Of a DNA stretch of 35,445 nt, positions 27,828-35,445 are shown in pieces. Each line of letters begins with the position of its first letter. Positions within the stretch are counted from its first letter, which is position 1. A program made the translations under genes and the position numbers. The stretch spans positions 1-35,445 of the forward strand of contig JAFMIX010000003.1 of the NCBI GenBank assembly GCA_017853785.1, in the 5' to 3' direction. Origin of the DNA: Verrucomicrobiales bacterium (GTDB lineage: Bacteria; Verrucomicrobiota; Verrucomicrobiia; Limisphaerales; JAFMIX01). The notes under the pieces were generated by a model. The model saw only the letters and a program-made list of their open reading frames with translations, made no database searches and was not told the DNA's origin.

Positions 27828-29069
27828 ATGAGCACGCCAAATGAAACTTCCGCCCGCAACATCAATATCATCGGCGTCGGCGGCGCCGGCCAGAATCTGG
27901 TGGCGCAACTTGTGGCGCTGGCGCTGCCCGGGCTGCGCTGCGCGGTGCTGAACACCGCCGCGCCGACAGGGCCGATGGAATTTATTCCGCTCGCCGCCAA
28001 ACCGGTGCGCGATCTGGAAGTGGCGGACGGCGCGCAGGTGGATGCCGCGCTGGCCCCAGCCCAGCCGCAGTTGCAGGCGTGGCTCGCGGGGGCGGACGTG
28101 GTGTTTATCGTCGCGGGTTTGGGCGGCAAGACCGGCAGCGCGTTCGCGCCGGCGGTGGCGCGGTTGGCGAAGGCGACAGGCGCGTTGACGTTGGGTTTTG
28201 TGACGACGCCGTTCGCGTGCGAGGCGAGCCGACGGGCGCGGCAGGCGGAACAGGGCTTGGTGCGGTTGCGGGCCGAGGCGGATGGCGTGATCGCGCTGCC
28301 GAACGAAAAAATCGTGCGGCTGATCGACGAGAACACCAGCCTGCTCGACACGTTCAAGATTTCCAACGAACTGCTCACCGCCGGTCTGGCCGGGGTGTGG
28401 CGGTTGCTGCATTGCCCCGGGCTAATCCCGATCCATTTTGACGATCTGCGCGAGCTGATCCGCAGCGGCAAGGCGGAGAATGTCTTCGCTACCGCCGAGG
28501 CCGCCGGACCGAACCGTGGCCGGGAAGTGGTGGAGCAATTGGTGGCGCATCCGCTGCTCGATGGCGGGCGCGCGCTCGGCGCGGCGCCGGCGGCGTTGGT
28601 GAGCATCGTGGGCGGGCCGGGACTTTCGCTGGCGGAAGTGAATCGCGTGATGGAACAGCTCAACCGCCAGTGCGAAGGCGCGCAGGTGCTGATGGGTGCG
28701 GCGATCGACGAGACTTTCAAGGACCGCCTCGCGGTGACGATGATTGTGGCGCGCGGGGAAGTCGCCAAGCCCGTTGCCCCGGTCGGGGAATTGGACACGC
28801 AATTCCTCCACGCCGCGGAGCCGGTGCGGCCGCCCTCGCGGTTCGTGCCGCCGCCGCCGGCATTGTCGCCGGAAAAAATCGAGCAACTGGCCGCGCGACG
28901 GATGACCGGCGGCGGGCGCACGCGCAAAAGCGGACCGAAGATGACGCAGGAGCAGTTGCCGCTGGAGATCGTTTCCAAAGGGCGCTTCGACAAGAGCGAG
29001 CCGACGGTGCGAAACGGAGAAGACCTCGATCAGCCGACTTTCATCCGGCGCGGGATGGTGCTGAACTGA
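27828..29069 (+). CDS. ftsZ: FtsZ/tubulin family protein with degenerate GTP-binding motifs
   Basis: After ftsA. IGVGGAG.N, ADVVFIVAGLGGKTGS, PF.CE..RR, PN, PGLI..FDD, GAAIDE, C-terminal DLDQPTFIRR. Confidence 0.88.
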   Translation: MSTPNETSARNINIIGVGGAGQNLVAQLVALALPGLRCAVLNTAAPTGPMEFIPLAAKPVRDLEVADGAQVDAALAPAQPQLQAWLAGADVVFIVAGLGGKTGSAFAPAVARLAKATGALTLGFVTTPFACEASRRARQAEQGLVRLRAEADGVIALPNEKIVRLIDENTSLLDTFKISNELLTAGLAGVWRLLHCPGLIPIHFDDLRELIRSGKAENVFATAEAAGPNRGREVVEQLVAHPLLDGGRALGAAPAALVSIVGGPGLSLAEVNRVMEQLNRQCEGAQVLMGAAIDETFKDRLAVTMIVARGEVAKPVAPVGELDTQFLHAAEPVRPPSRFVPPPPALSPEKIEQLAARRMTGGGRTRKSGPKMTQEQLPLEIVSKGRFDKSEPTVRNGEDLDQPTFIRRGMVLN

Positions 29070-29223
29070 TTTTCCAGCTGCGGATTTTCACGGATGGAAC
29101 ACAGAGGGTGGGGCTGACCTGCCGGGCGGCCCAAATTTCGGCCGTGCGGCAGCACTGCGTAACCGGGGAAATTTATGAGCGAGGCAATCAAAACCAAACC
29201 GGGGGTGGAAACTTGCGCCGGGT

Positions 29224-29706
29224 TCAACCTGTCCCCGGAATGGCTCTCAGGGGCAGGTGTTCGGCGCGGATCTCGTTTTCGTCGCAGTGGAGCAGGGCGA
29301 CGCTGCGTTCCGTGCCGGATTTGGGCTTGCCGGCGTAACCGGGGTTCAGGAAGAGCGTGCCGTTGATGACTTGATTGTATGGCTTGTGCGTGTGGCCGAA
29401 GATGACGACATCGGGCCGGTGTTTGGCGAGTAGGGCTTGGAGCTTCTCGTCGGGCGCGAGCGGGTTGACAATGTGGTGGAGGAGGAACTTGCGGTGCGCC
29501 AGCGTGAGGATTTCCGTGAGACGATAGGTCATGCCGAAATCGGTGTTGCCAAGGCAGGCCGTGACGGGCGCGATGGCCTCCAGTTCCATCAGAATCATCG
29601 GCATCCCGACGTCGCCGCCGTGGAGGATGTGGTCCACGCCGGCGAAGAGTTTGGCGACGCGGGGGTCGAGGAAGTCGTGCGTGTCGGAGATGATGCCGAG
29701 CTTCAT
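29224..29706 (-). CDS. YfcE-like metallophosphoesterase
   Basis: ISDTHD, HGGDVG, GNTD, FGHTH, NPG. Confidence 0.92.
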   Translation of the reverse strand: MKLGIISDTHDFLDPRVAKLFAGVDHILHGGDVGMPMILMELEAIAPVTACLGNTDFGMTYRLTEILTLAHRKFLLHHIVNPLAPDEKLQALLAKHRPDVVIFGHTHKPYNQVINGTLFLNPGYAGKPKSGTERSVALLHCDENEIRAEHLPLRAIPGTG

Positions 29707-29779
29707 GTGGAAAGTGGCAGGCTAAAGATTGCAGGTTTGTCCGGTGCGGACAGTTCTGGGAACTTGAAGCCTGCAACGT

Positions 29780-30421
29780 TCAACTGGCAACCTCTTCAGG
29801 TTCGCCTTCGGCGGTTTCTTCGTCGCGCGCCCCGGCTTTTTTATCGGCGGGGGATTCGGCGGCGGCGGCGATTTTCATCGCGGCGGTGAACAGCGCGGTG
29901 AAGAGGCCGCCGCTGAGGAGGGTGTTGCGGAAGAATTCCCACGTCTGCGGCCAGCCGCCCGTGCCTTTGGTGAGGGCGATGAACCAGCCGGCGAGGGTCT
30001 TGGTGTATTCGGGGTTGCCGAAAGGATTGAAGAGCCACGAGGCGGTGTTGGTGATGAGGTAGAACAACAACGCGCCGAGCACGCCGCCGCCGAGCAGCGC
30101 AGCGAAGCTGGATTGCGGCTTGAACCGGCGACCGAGCAGGATGATAACGAGGAAGGCGGCGTAGTTGCAGAGTTGATATTTCAACACGGAGGTTTCCCAG
30201 ACGTTGATGTCGAGAGCGAGCCAGTAGTAGAGGTTGAGGCCGATGTCCGTGACCAGCAGCACACCGAGTGGTAGCCACCACGCGGCGCGGCCGGAAAAAT
30301 AGACGCCGGCGCAGAAAGCCAGGGCGTACGCGGCGCTGAAATTCTGCGGTAACGCGCCGGGCATCCGCGACAGCGCGAACACCGCCAGCAGCGCGAGCGG
30401 CAATGCAATCTTTCCTTTCAC
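29780..30421 (-). CDS. DUF6580-like putative membrane transport protein
   Basis: Multi-TM: ALSRMP..LPQNFSAAYALAFCAG, LLVTD, FYLITNTASW, FFRNTLLS. GTG start at 30421 chosen because the longer ORF is antisense to rluA. Confidence 0.7.
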   Translation of the reverse strand: MKGKIALPLALLAVFALSRMPGALPQNFSAAYALAFCAGVYFSGRAAWWLPLGVLLVTDIGLNLYYWLALDINVWETSVLKYQLCNYAAFLVIILLGRRFKPQSSFAALLGGGVLGALLFYLITNTASWLFNPFGNPEYTKTLAGWFIALTKGTGGWPQTWEFFRNTLLSGGLFTALFTAAMKIAAAAESPADKKAGARDEETAEGEPEEVAS

Positions 30422-30466
30422 CGCCGGCAATGATACGCCTCTCGTCCGCCATGACAAGTGGCGGAA

Positions 30467-31186
30467 ATGGAAAAACTTTTTGACATCATCCACGAGGACG
30501 CCGACCTGCTGGTGCTGAACAAACCGGCAGGCCTCGTCTGCCATCCGACGAAGGGCGACGAGTATTCGAGCCTCATCAGCCGCGTGCGGTTGCACGTCGG
30601 CGCGGCGACGACGGCGCATCTGGTGAATCGCCTCGACCGCGAAACCGGCGGCGTGGTGCTGGTGGCGAAGAATGCCGCGACGGCGGGCGAGTTGGGGAAA
30701 ATTCTGGAAAGCCGCACGGCGGAAAAGGAATACTTTGCCATCGTCCACGGTCACGTCGCGGCGGAGCAGGGGAGGATTGACGGGCCGCTGGGCAAGGACG
30801 AGCGCAGTCGCGTGGTGATCAAGGATTGTGTGCGCGCGGACGGCGCGGCGGCGGTGACGGAGTTTTTCGTGCAGCGGCGGTTCGAGCGGGCGGAAGGAAG
30901 GTTTTCGTTGTTGCGTGTGCTGCCGCAGTCGGGGCGCAAGCACCAGATCCGCATCCACCTCGCACACCTGGGGCATCCGCTGGTCGGCGACAAGATTTAC
31001 GGCGGGGACGAGGATTTGTATCTCGCGCTCGTGGAAGGCCGGCTCACGGCGGAGCAGCGGGCGCGGCTGATTCTGGAGCATCACGCGCTGCATGCAGCGG
31101 CGGTGCGGTTGGTCTGGCGCGGGCAAGCGGTGGAGTTCAAGGCGAAGCCGGAGGAGTGGTTCGCGGCTTTTGCGGGCGGCGAGTAA
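30467..31186 (+). CDS. RluA family RNA pseudouridine synthase
   Basis: LVLNKPAGLVCHP, NRLDRETGG (catalytic Asp), GRKHQIRIHL, HPLVGDKIYG, HALHA. Confidence 0.95.
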   Translation: MEKLFDIIHEDADLLVLNKPAGLVCHPTKGDEYSSLISRVRLHVGAATTAHLVNRLDRETGGVVLVAKNAATAGELGKILESRTAEKEYFAIVHGHVAAEQGRIDGPLGKDERSRVVIKDCVRADGAAAVTEFFVQRRFERAEGRFSLLRVLPQSGRKHQIRIHLAHLGHPLVGDKIYGGDEDLYLALVEGRLTAEQRARLILEHHALHAAAVRLVWRGQAVEFKAKPEEWFAAFAGGE

Positions 31187-31292
31187 CGGTTGGTTGGGAT
31201 CTTGATCTTCGCCGCGGGCGTTATGTTGAGCACGCCGGCGTGCATTGATTCCGTTTGCGGCGGCGGCGTTTTTCTGGCACATACGGCGCATC

Positions 31293-32819
31293 ATGAATCT
31301 TGGACGTAAGGCATTTATTTTGATGGCGGCGTTCGGCGTTTGGGCCGGCGCGGGTGATGGCCTGGCGGCGCCGGCGGCGGCCACAACGACCTCGCGGTTG
31401 CATTGGCTGGGCAGCCGACAGATCAACGCGTCGCCGGAAGCTCGGCGATTTCAGACGCTATGGAATCTGCCGGAGAGCGTGGCGATGCAAAAGCAGTTGC
31501 TGGACAAGCTCGCCGGGGCGACGAATGCCACCAGCAAGGCGGATGCGCGGCTGCGAGCATTGCTTGAGGATGTCTTGTGCGAGGAATTTTATGCCGAGGT
31601 GCGGCACGAGCCGAATCAACCGGGCGCGGCGGTGTTCGCCATCCGCTTGAACGCGGAGCGGGCGCGGTTGTGGGAATCGAACCGCACCGCGTTGCCCAAG
31701 GGGATCGAGTTGGCCCGCGTCGGCGAATGGACGCTCCTCGGTCAGTCGCCCGGCGCGAATCCGTTGCTTGCGGAATGGCGGGAACGCATCGCCAAGAGCG
31801 GTGCGCCAGCGGCGCGGGGGGCGACGAATTTTTGGCTGGAGGCGGATATGGATCTGCCGGCGGTGGCGCGGGTGCTGGGTTGGAAATTGGAGTTGCCGGC
31901 GGGCTGGCCGCGGACGGTGTTCACGGTAGTGGGCGACGGGGAGAATGTGTTGACGCGCGGTACGCTGGATTTCGCCCGGCCGCTGGACTTGAAGTTGGAG
32001 GCGTGGCGCATCCCGACGAATCTGATCCGCGAGCCGTTGATCGGCTTCGCGGCAGCACGCGGGCTGGGGCCGGTGGTGACGGATACGGGCTTCTGGAAGT
32101 GGACGCAACTGGGCGCGGCTCCGGAGCAGATGTTTCTCTGGGCGCAGGCGGGGGTGCCGTTTCAGACCTACTTCGCGGGGCTAATGCCGGGCGGCTCGGC
32201 TCAGGTGCAGGCGCTTTCTGCGCGATTGCAGGGGGAGGGTAATGCTTGGGCCGCGACCAATCGGATGGGAAGTTTTGAGCCTCTGCCCGGCGTCGGGGGA
32301 GTCGAGTGGAAGAATGTTCCGTTCATGAGCCCGTTTGTGCGAAGCACTTCATCGGGTCAGCGCGACTACGTTTATGGCGGATTATTCAATTTGTCCGACT
32401 CGCGCACCAACGCCACCTTGCCGGCGGAACTGCTCCAACAGGTCGTCGGTGCGCCGCGTCTGGTGTTATACGACTGGGAGTTGACCGGTGCTCGCATGGA
32501 AAGCTGGTTACAAATCACCCAATTGTTCCGGGTGATGTTCCGGAAGGCGCAATTGCCCGCCAATTCAGCGGGTTTGATGTGGTTGCGGGCATTGACTCCA
32601 AAACTGGGCAATACTGTGACAACGGTCACGCAGACCGATGCGCATGAACTCCACTTCACTCGCAAGTCCACCAGCGGCTGCACCGCGCTGGAATTGCATT
32701 TGTTCGCGGACTGGATGGAGTCCCCGGAGTTTCCTAAGGGCTTGCATACATTCCAAGCTGCCCCGGGGTTTGGTTTTGGTGGAAAACGCCCGGCTCCGAC
32801 GATGCCGCCTAAAAAATAG
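31293..32819 (+). CDS. Hypothetical secreted protein (508 aa)
   Basis: Long ORF with signal-peptide-like MNLGRKAFILMAAFGVWAGAG..; no motif recognised. Confidence 0.8.
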   Translation: MNLGRKAFILMAAFGVWAGAGDGLAAPAAATTTSRLHWLGSRQINASPEARRFQTLWNLPESVAMQKQLLDKLAGATNATSKADARLRALLEDVLCEEFYAEVRHEPNQPGAAVFAIRLNAERARLWESNRTALPKGIELARVGEWTLLGQSPGANPLLAEWRERIAKSGAPAARGATNFWLEADMDLPAVARVLGWKLELPAGWPRTVFTVVGDGENVLTRGTLDFARPLDLKLEAWRIPTNLIREPLIGFAAARGLGPVVTDTGFWKWTQLGAAPEQMFLWAQAGVPFQTYFAGLMPGGSAQVQALSARLQGEGNAWAATNRMGSFEPLPGVGGVEWKNVPFMSPFVRSTSSGQRDYVYGGLFNLSDSRTNATLPAELLQQVVGAPRLVLYDWELTGARMESWLQITQLFRVMFRKAQLPANSAGLMWLRALTPKLGNTVTTVTQTDAHELHFTRKSTSGCTALELHLFADWMESPEFPKGLHTFQAAPGFGFGGKRPAPTMPPKK

Positions 32820-33012
32820 TCGTCTGCAGTTTGGCCGCGTCGGATATTTTGACCCAAATTTCGAAATGGAAATATTCCGGCAGCGGAGTGTGCTCGTTCA
32901 GCGCTCCAGCAGGTGAATTATCCCGCACTGAAAAAATTCCTGCTGCCGAAATCCGAAAATCGCTGTAAAGGCCGCGCTTTGGCGTGATGCAAATTCACTC
33001 AGTGATTTCGTA

Positions 33013-33801
33013 TCACTCGCCACCCGGGGTCGGTGGCGTTGGCGTCAAGAAAGTGGGCGGCATCGGAGGCATCCCGGGTGTGTTACGGTGCGCCTCCATC
33101 ATGATTGCCTGATTGATGATTTGAACTTCCGGGGACTCGGCAGCAGGTGCATTCAGTTGGGCGGAACTTTGCGGCAACCGTAGCGAGCGTGAAGGGATGG
33201 AGCGCAGCCCGCCGCTGGAACTAGGTTGGGCAATGCCAGGGGTGAATGCCGTCGGAGTCGTTCCTGGTGCGGTGGTCGTGCCAGAGCCGATGGTGGTCAC
33301 GCCGGCAGCTCCCGGAATCGGCGGTCTGCCAGGAATGGGAATTCCCCCATGCCCGCCCGGTATCCCAGGTGACCCCGGGACTGCTGCTGGTGCGGCTGGG
33401 GCTTTCAGGCCATCCTTGTCAAACGTCAGGGTCGCGACGTTGCCAGCATTGCTCACCTTGACCGTGCCGGCGATGCTGTCAATCGCCAAGACTTCGATCT
33501 GCCCTTCGCGTTGGCCTTCGGTGAGGATATAGGACTGGCTCTTTCCGCTCGGCCCGGGCTCTTGCACCATCAGGAGGGCGTTCTTGATACCCAGAATGGT
33601 GGTTATGCCCGTGAGCTTGATGTTCGAGGGCGGTGGTGTGGGGTCAACTACGGGCGCGGGCGGCGGCGGGGGAATCAGACCGAAGGAATTGCGGGTGACG
33701 ATGCTTTTAAATGGGTTTTCGCCCGGAAGCGTTGCCTGCGCCGGCGGGAGCAGGAGATATCCACCCGCCAGGACCAATGGCATCATCAACACTCGTTTCA
33801 T
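33013..33801 (-). CDS. Hypothetical Pro-rich exported protein, possible GspC/PilP-like domain
   Basis: Signal/TM, NPF..IVTRNSFGL, IKLTGI...ALLMV...ILTEGQREGQIEVLAID...VKV beta-domain, Pro/Gly-rich tail. Confidence 0.7.
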   Translation of the reverse strand: MKRVLMMPLVLAGGYLLLPPAQATLPGENPFKSIVTRNSFGLIPPPPPAPVVDPTPPPSNIKLTGITTILGIKNALLMVQEPGPSGKSQSYILTEGQREGQIEVLAIDSIAGTVKVSNAGNVATLTFDKDGLKAPAAPAAVPGSPGIPGGHGGIPIPGRPPIPGAAGVTTIGSGTTTAPGTTPTAFTPGIAQPSSSGGLRSIPSRSLRLPQSSAQLNAPAAESPEVQIINQAIMMEAHRNTPGMPPMPPTFLTPTPPTPGGE

Positions 33802-33870
33802 GTCAGAAATATAACCGCGCTCCTGAATCAACACCACCGCCAAATACAAGTTGCTCCCTGTGGTCTAGAA

Positions 33871-34071
33871 AACCACGAATGGACACGAATTCACATGAAT
33901 GCGAACGGAGTCAGATCATTACTCGCCTTCTCATAACATCGGTTTAGCCTGCCACACAGCGTGTAACACAGGTGAGACGTGCATGAAGTCGAAGGTTTGA
34001 GCCTGTTTAATTGATGAAGCCCTTATTGGAATGGTTTCTTGATTAGAGTTAATTCGTGTCCATTCGTGGTT
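33871..34071. repeat. Perfect 21-bp inverted repeat enclosing 159 bp (REPIN/MITE-like)
   Basis: AACCACGAATGGACACGAATT (33871-33891) and its exact reverse complement at 34051-34071. Confidence 0.8.
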
Positions 34072-34098
34072 CTCCTTCTGGGTCGGCTTAGAGTGTTC

Positions 34099-34144
34099 AA
34101 AAAAAGTAAAAAAATTTGACACCTTGTGCACGCTCTGCAATATT
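34099..34144 (+). promoter_or_regulatory. Sigma70-type promoter
   Basis: A-tracts at 34099-34114, TTGACA at 34116-34121, 17-bp spacer, then TGc-AATATT at 34136-34144. Confidence 0.6.
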
Positions 34145-34181
34145 CGGGTCACACACGGTAAACAATAAACACAAACACAAC

Positions 34182-34838
34182 ATGAGAACACACAAACTCC
34201 TCGCCGCGGCGGCGATATTCGCGGTCAGTGTTGCCACCTCTCTGGCACAGCCCTATTCACAGAACATTGTCGGGTATATCAACTTGACGGTTAAACCCGG
34301 CTTCAACCTGATTGCAAATCAGTTGAACTCCAGTGGTAGTAATACTTTAAACTCGATTTTTACTTCACCTACGGATGGTGACACTGTTTACAAATATGTT
34401 GGTGGGACTTTTCAGCAGGCCCTCGCGGATGCTGGTGCCTGGGTTGATCCCGTTTCAGGAGACCCAACCCCGATGACTTTGAGCCCGGGTCAAGGGTTCT
34501 TTTACTTCAGTCCAAGTGCCACCGACAAGACGGTGACTTTGGTCGGCAGCGTGTCGACAGGCACAAACACAACCGTTTTGAATTCTGGATTCTCATTAGT
34601 TGCCTCTGCTACACCGGAGTCATACCAGTTGGCTGGAACTAATTACCCTGGCGTCGACGGCGATACGTTCTACAGATATGCATCTGGAACATTTCAACAA
34701 TCGCTGTGGGATGCGGGTGGCTGGGTTGACCCGGTTACTGGCGATCCAGTTACTGTGCAGCCTGCCGTCGGTGAAGGTTTCTTCCTTTTCAATGCCGGAG
34801 CCTCTAGAAATTGGACCAGAGTATTCAATCCCCAATAA
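34182..34838 (+). CDS. Secreted hypothetical protein with two internal repeats
   Basis: Signal peptide MRTHKLLAAAAIFAVSVATSLA; YSQNIVGYIN; repeat GF.L.A...DGDT.Y.Y..GTFQQ.L.DAG.WVDPV.GDP......G.GFF twice. Confidence 0.88.
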   Translation: MRTHKLLAAAAIFAVSVATSLAQPYSQNIVGYINLTVKPGFNLIANQLNSSGSNTLNSIFTSPTDGDTVYKYVGGTFQQALADAGAWVDPVSGDPTPMTLSPGQGFFYFSPSATDKTVTLVGSVSTGTNTTVLNSGFSLVASATPESYQLAGTNYPGVDGDTFYRYASGTFQQSLWDAGGWVDPVTGDPVTVQPAVGEGFFLFNAGASRNWTRVFNPQ

Positions 34839-34874
34839 TCACAGTTATTGCATACAACCTTAAATTAAAATCAA

Positions 34875-35445
34875 ATGAAAACTACAATCGTTGCATTAAT
34901 CGGAATTTCAATAGCCCTAAATAGTTTCGGGCAAGGGCAATTTAGCTTCCAAAACGCGAACGTATCTGCCCAACGGATTACCACAAATGCTTTGGCGAAT
35001 CCGGGCGGGACTGTGGGTAGCATGGCTGGAGCTAGCAATTACCAGTTTCAGGTTTTTTATGGCCCTAACGCCAGTTCCATGACTAACGCTTCTCAAGTAT
35101 TTTTTAATGGATCGACAGCCGGACTGATTTCAGGCGGAACGATTACTTTAGTTGCGGGTTATCCGGCGCTTAGCCCGGTTGGGGCGCTTCAGGCGTTTGG
35201 TTGGTCGACTGGGTTGACGCTCGCTCAAGCTCAAATCACGCCTGGTGCGTTTTGGGGGTCGAGCACGATAATCTCTCCGACTCCTGCTGATCCGCTTGCT
35301 CCGCTGTTCAATTTGTTTACCAGCACTGCCAGTTCAACCCAGTTCTCGGGATTTGTCCTGAATGTTGTCCCGGTTCCCGAGCCCTCCACAATGGTGCTGG
35401 CTGGATTGGGTGCGGCTTCATTGCTGCTGTTCCGCCGCCGCAAGC
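34875..35445 (+). CDS. PEP-CTERM sorting domain protein (stop just beyond window)
   Basis: Manual translation: MKTTIVALIGISIALNSFGQG...VPVPEPSTMVLAGLGAASLLLFRRRK (VPEP, TM, basic cluster). Confidence 0.93.
   Translation, partial: MKTTIVALIGISIALNSFGQGQFSFQNANVSAQRITTNALANPGGTVGSMAGASNYQFQVFYGPNASSMTNASQVFFNGSTAGLISGGTITLVAGYPALSPVGALQAFGWSTGLTLAQAQITPGAFWGSSTIISPTPADPLAPLFNLFTSTASSTQFSGFVLNVVPVPEPSTMVLAGLGAASLLLFRRRK

Noticed and set aside
26391-28412. Long antisense ORFs (also 15131-16879, 24851-26686, 3971-5293)
   Set aside because: Typical stop-poor reverse frames of high-GC genes; no motifs.
30422-30466. Cobalamin riboswitch upstream of the DUF6580-like gene (given PduO in the window)
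   Set aside because: Only 45 nt separate the divergent starts, and no B12-box is visible.
29780-31426. 548-aa minus-strand ORF
   Set aside because: The 5' part is antisense to the RluA gene; only 29780-30421 looks like a real membrane protein.

Overview
GC-rich bacterial chromosome segment, most likely Verrucomicrobiota (Pedosphaerales/Limisphaerales-like; inferred from gene content, gene order and the PEP-CTERM/secreted protein types). It opens with a housekeeping block: a partial CoA-binding acyl-CoA ligase/Pat-like gene, a membrane protein, a REC-histidine kinase, a YggT-like gene, sucD-sucC-gltA, an amidase, a PduO-type adenosyltransferase, a ClC channel gene broken by four in-frame TAG codons, a RibD-like gene and queA. 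Next is a division/cell-wall (dcw) cluster: mraZ, two small paralogous genes, rsmH, ftsL, ftsI, SIMPL, murF, mraY, LysM, ftsW, murG, murB, ddl, ftsQ, ftsA, ftsZ. This cluster lacks murC, murD and murE, the three ligases that build the stem tripeptide. A decayed MurD C-terminal remnant sits in the murD slot, while murB, murF, ddl, mraY, murG, ftsW and ftsI keep their catalytic motifs. The FtsZ has a degenerate GTP-binding site but an intact C-terminal peptide. A tandemly duplicated long hairpin with compensatory changes precedes ftsI. The window ends with a phosphoesterase, a DUF6580-like membrane protein, an RluA-family gene, secreted hypotheticals, a 21-bp inverted-repeat element and a lower-GC surface-protein/PEP-CTERM locus. 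All calls come from reading motifs by eye; no searches were run.
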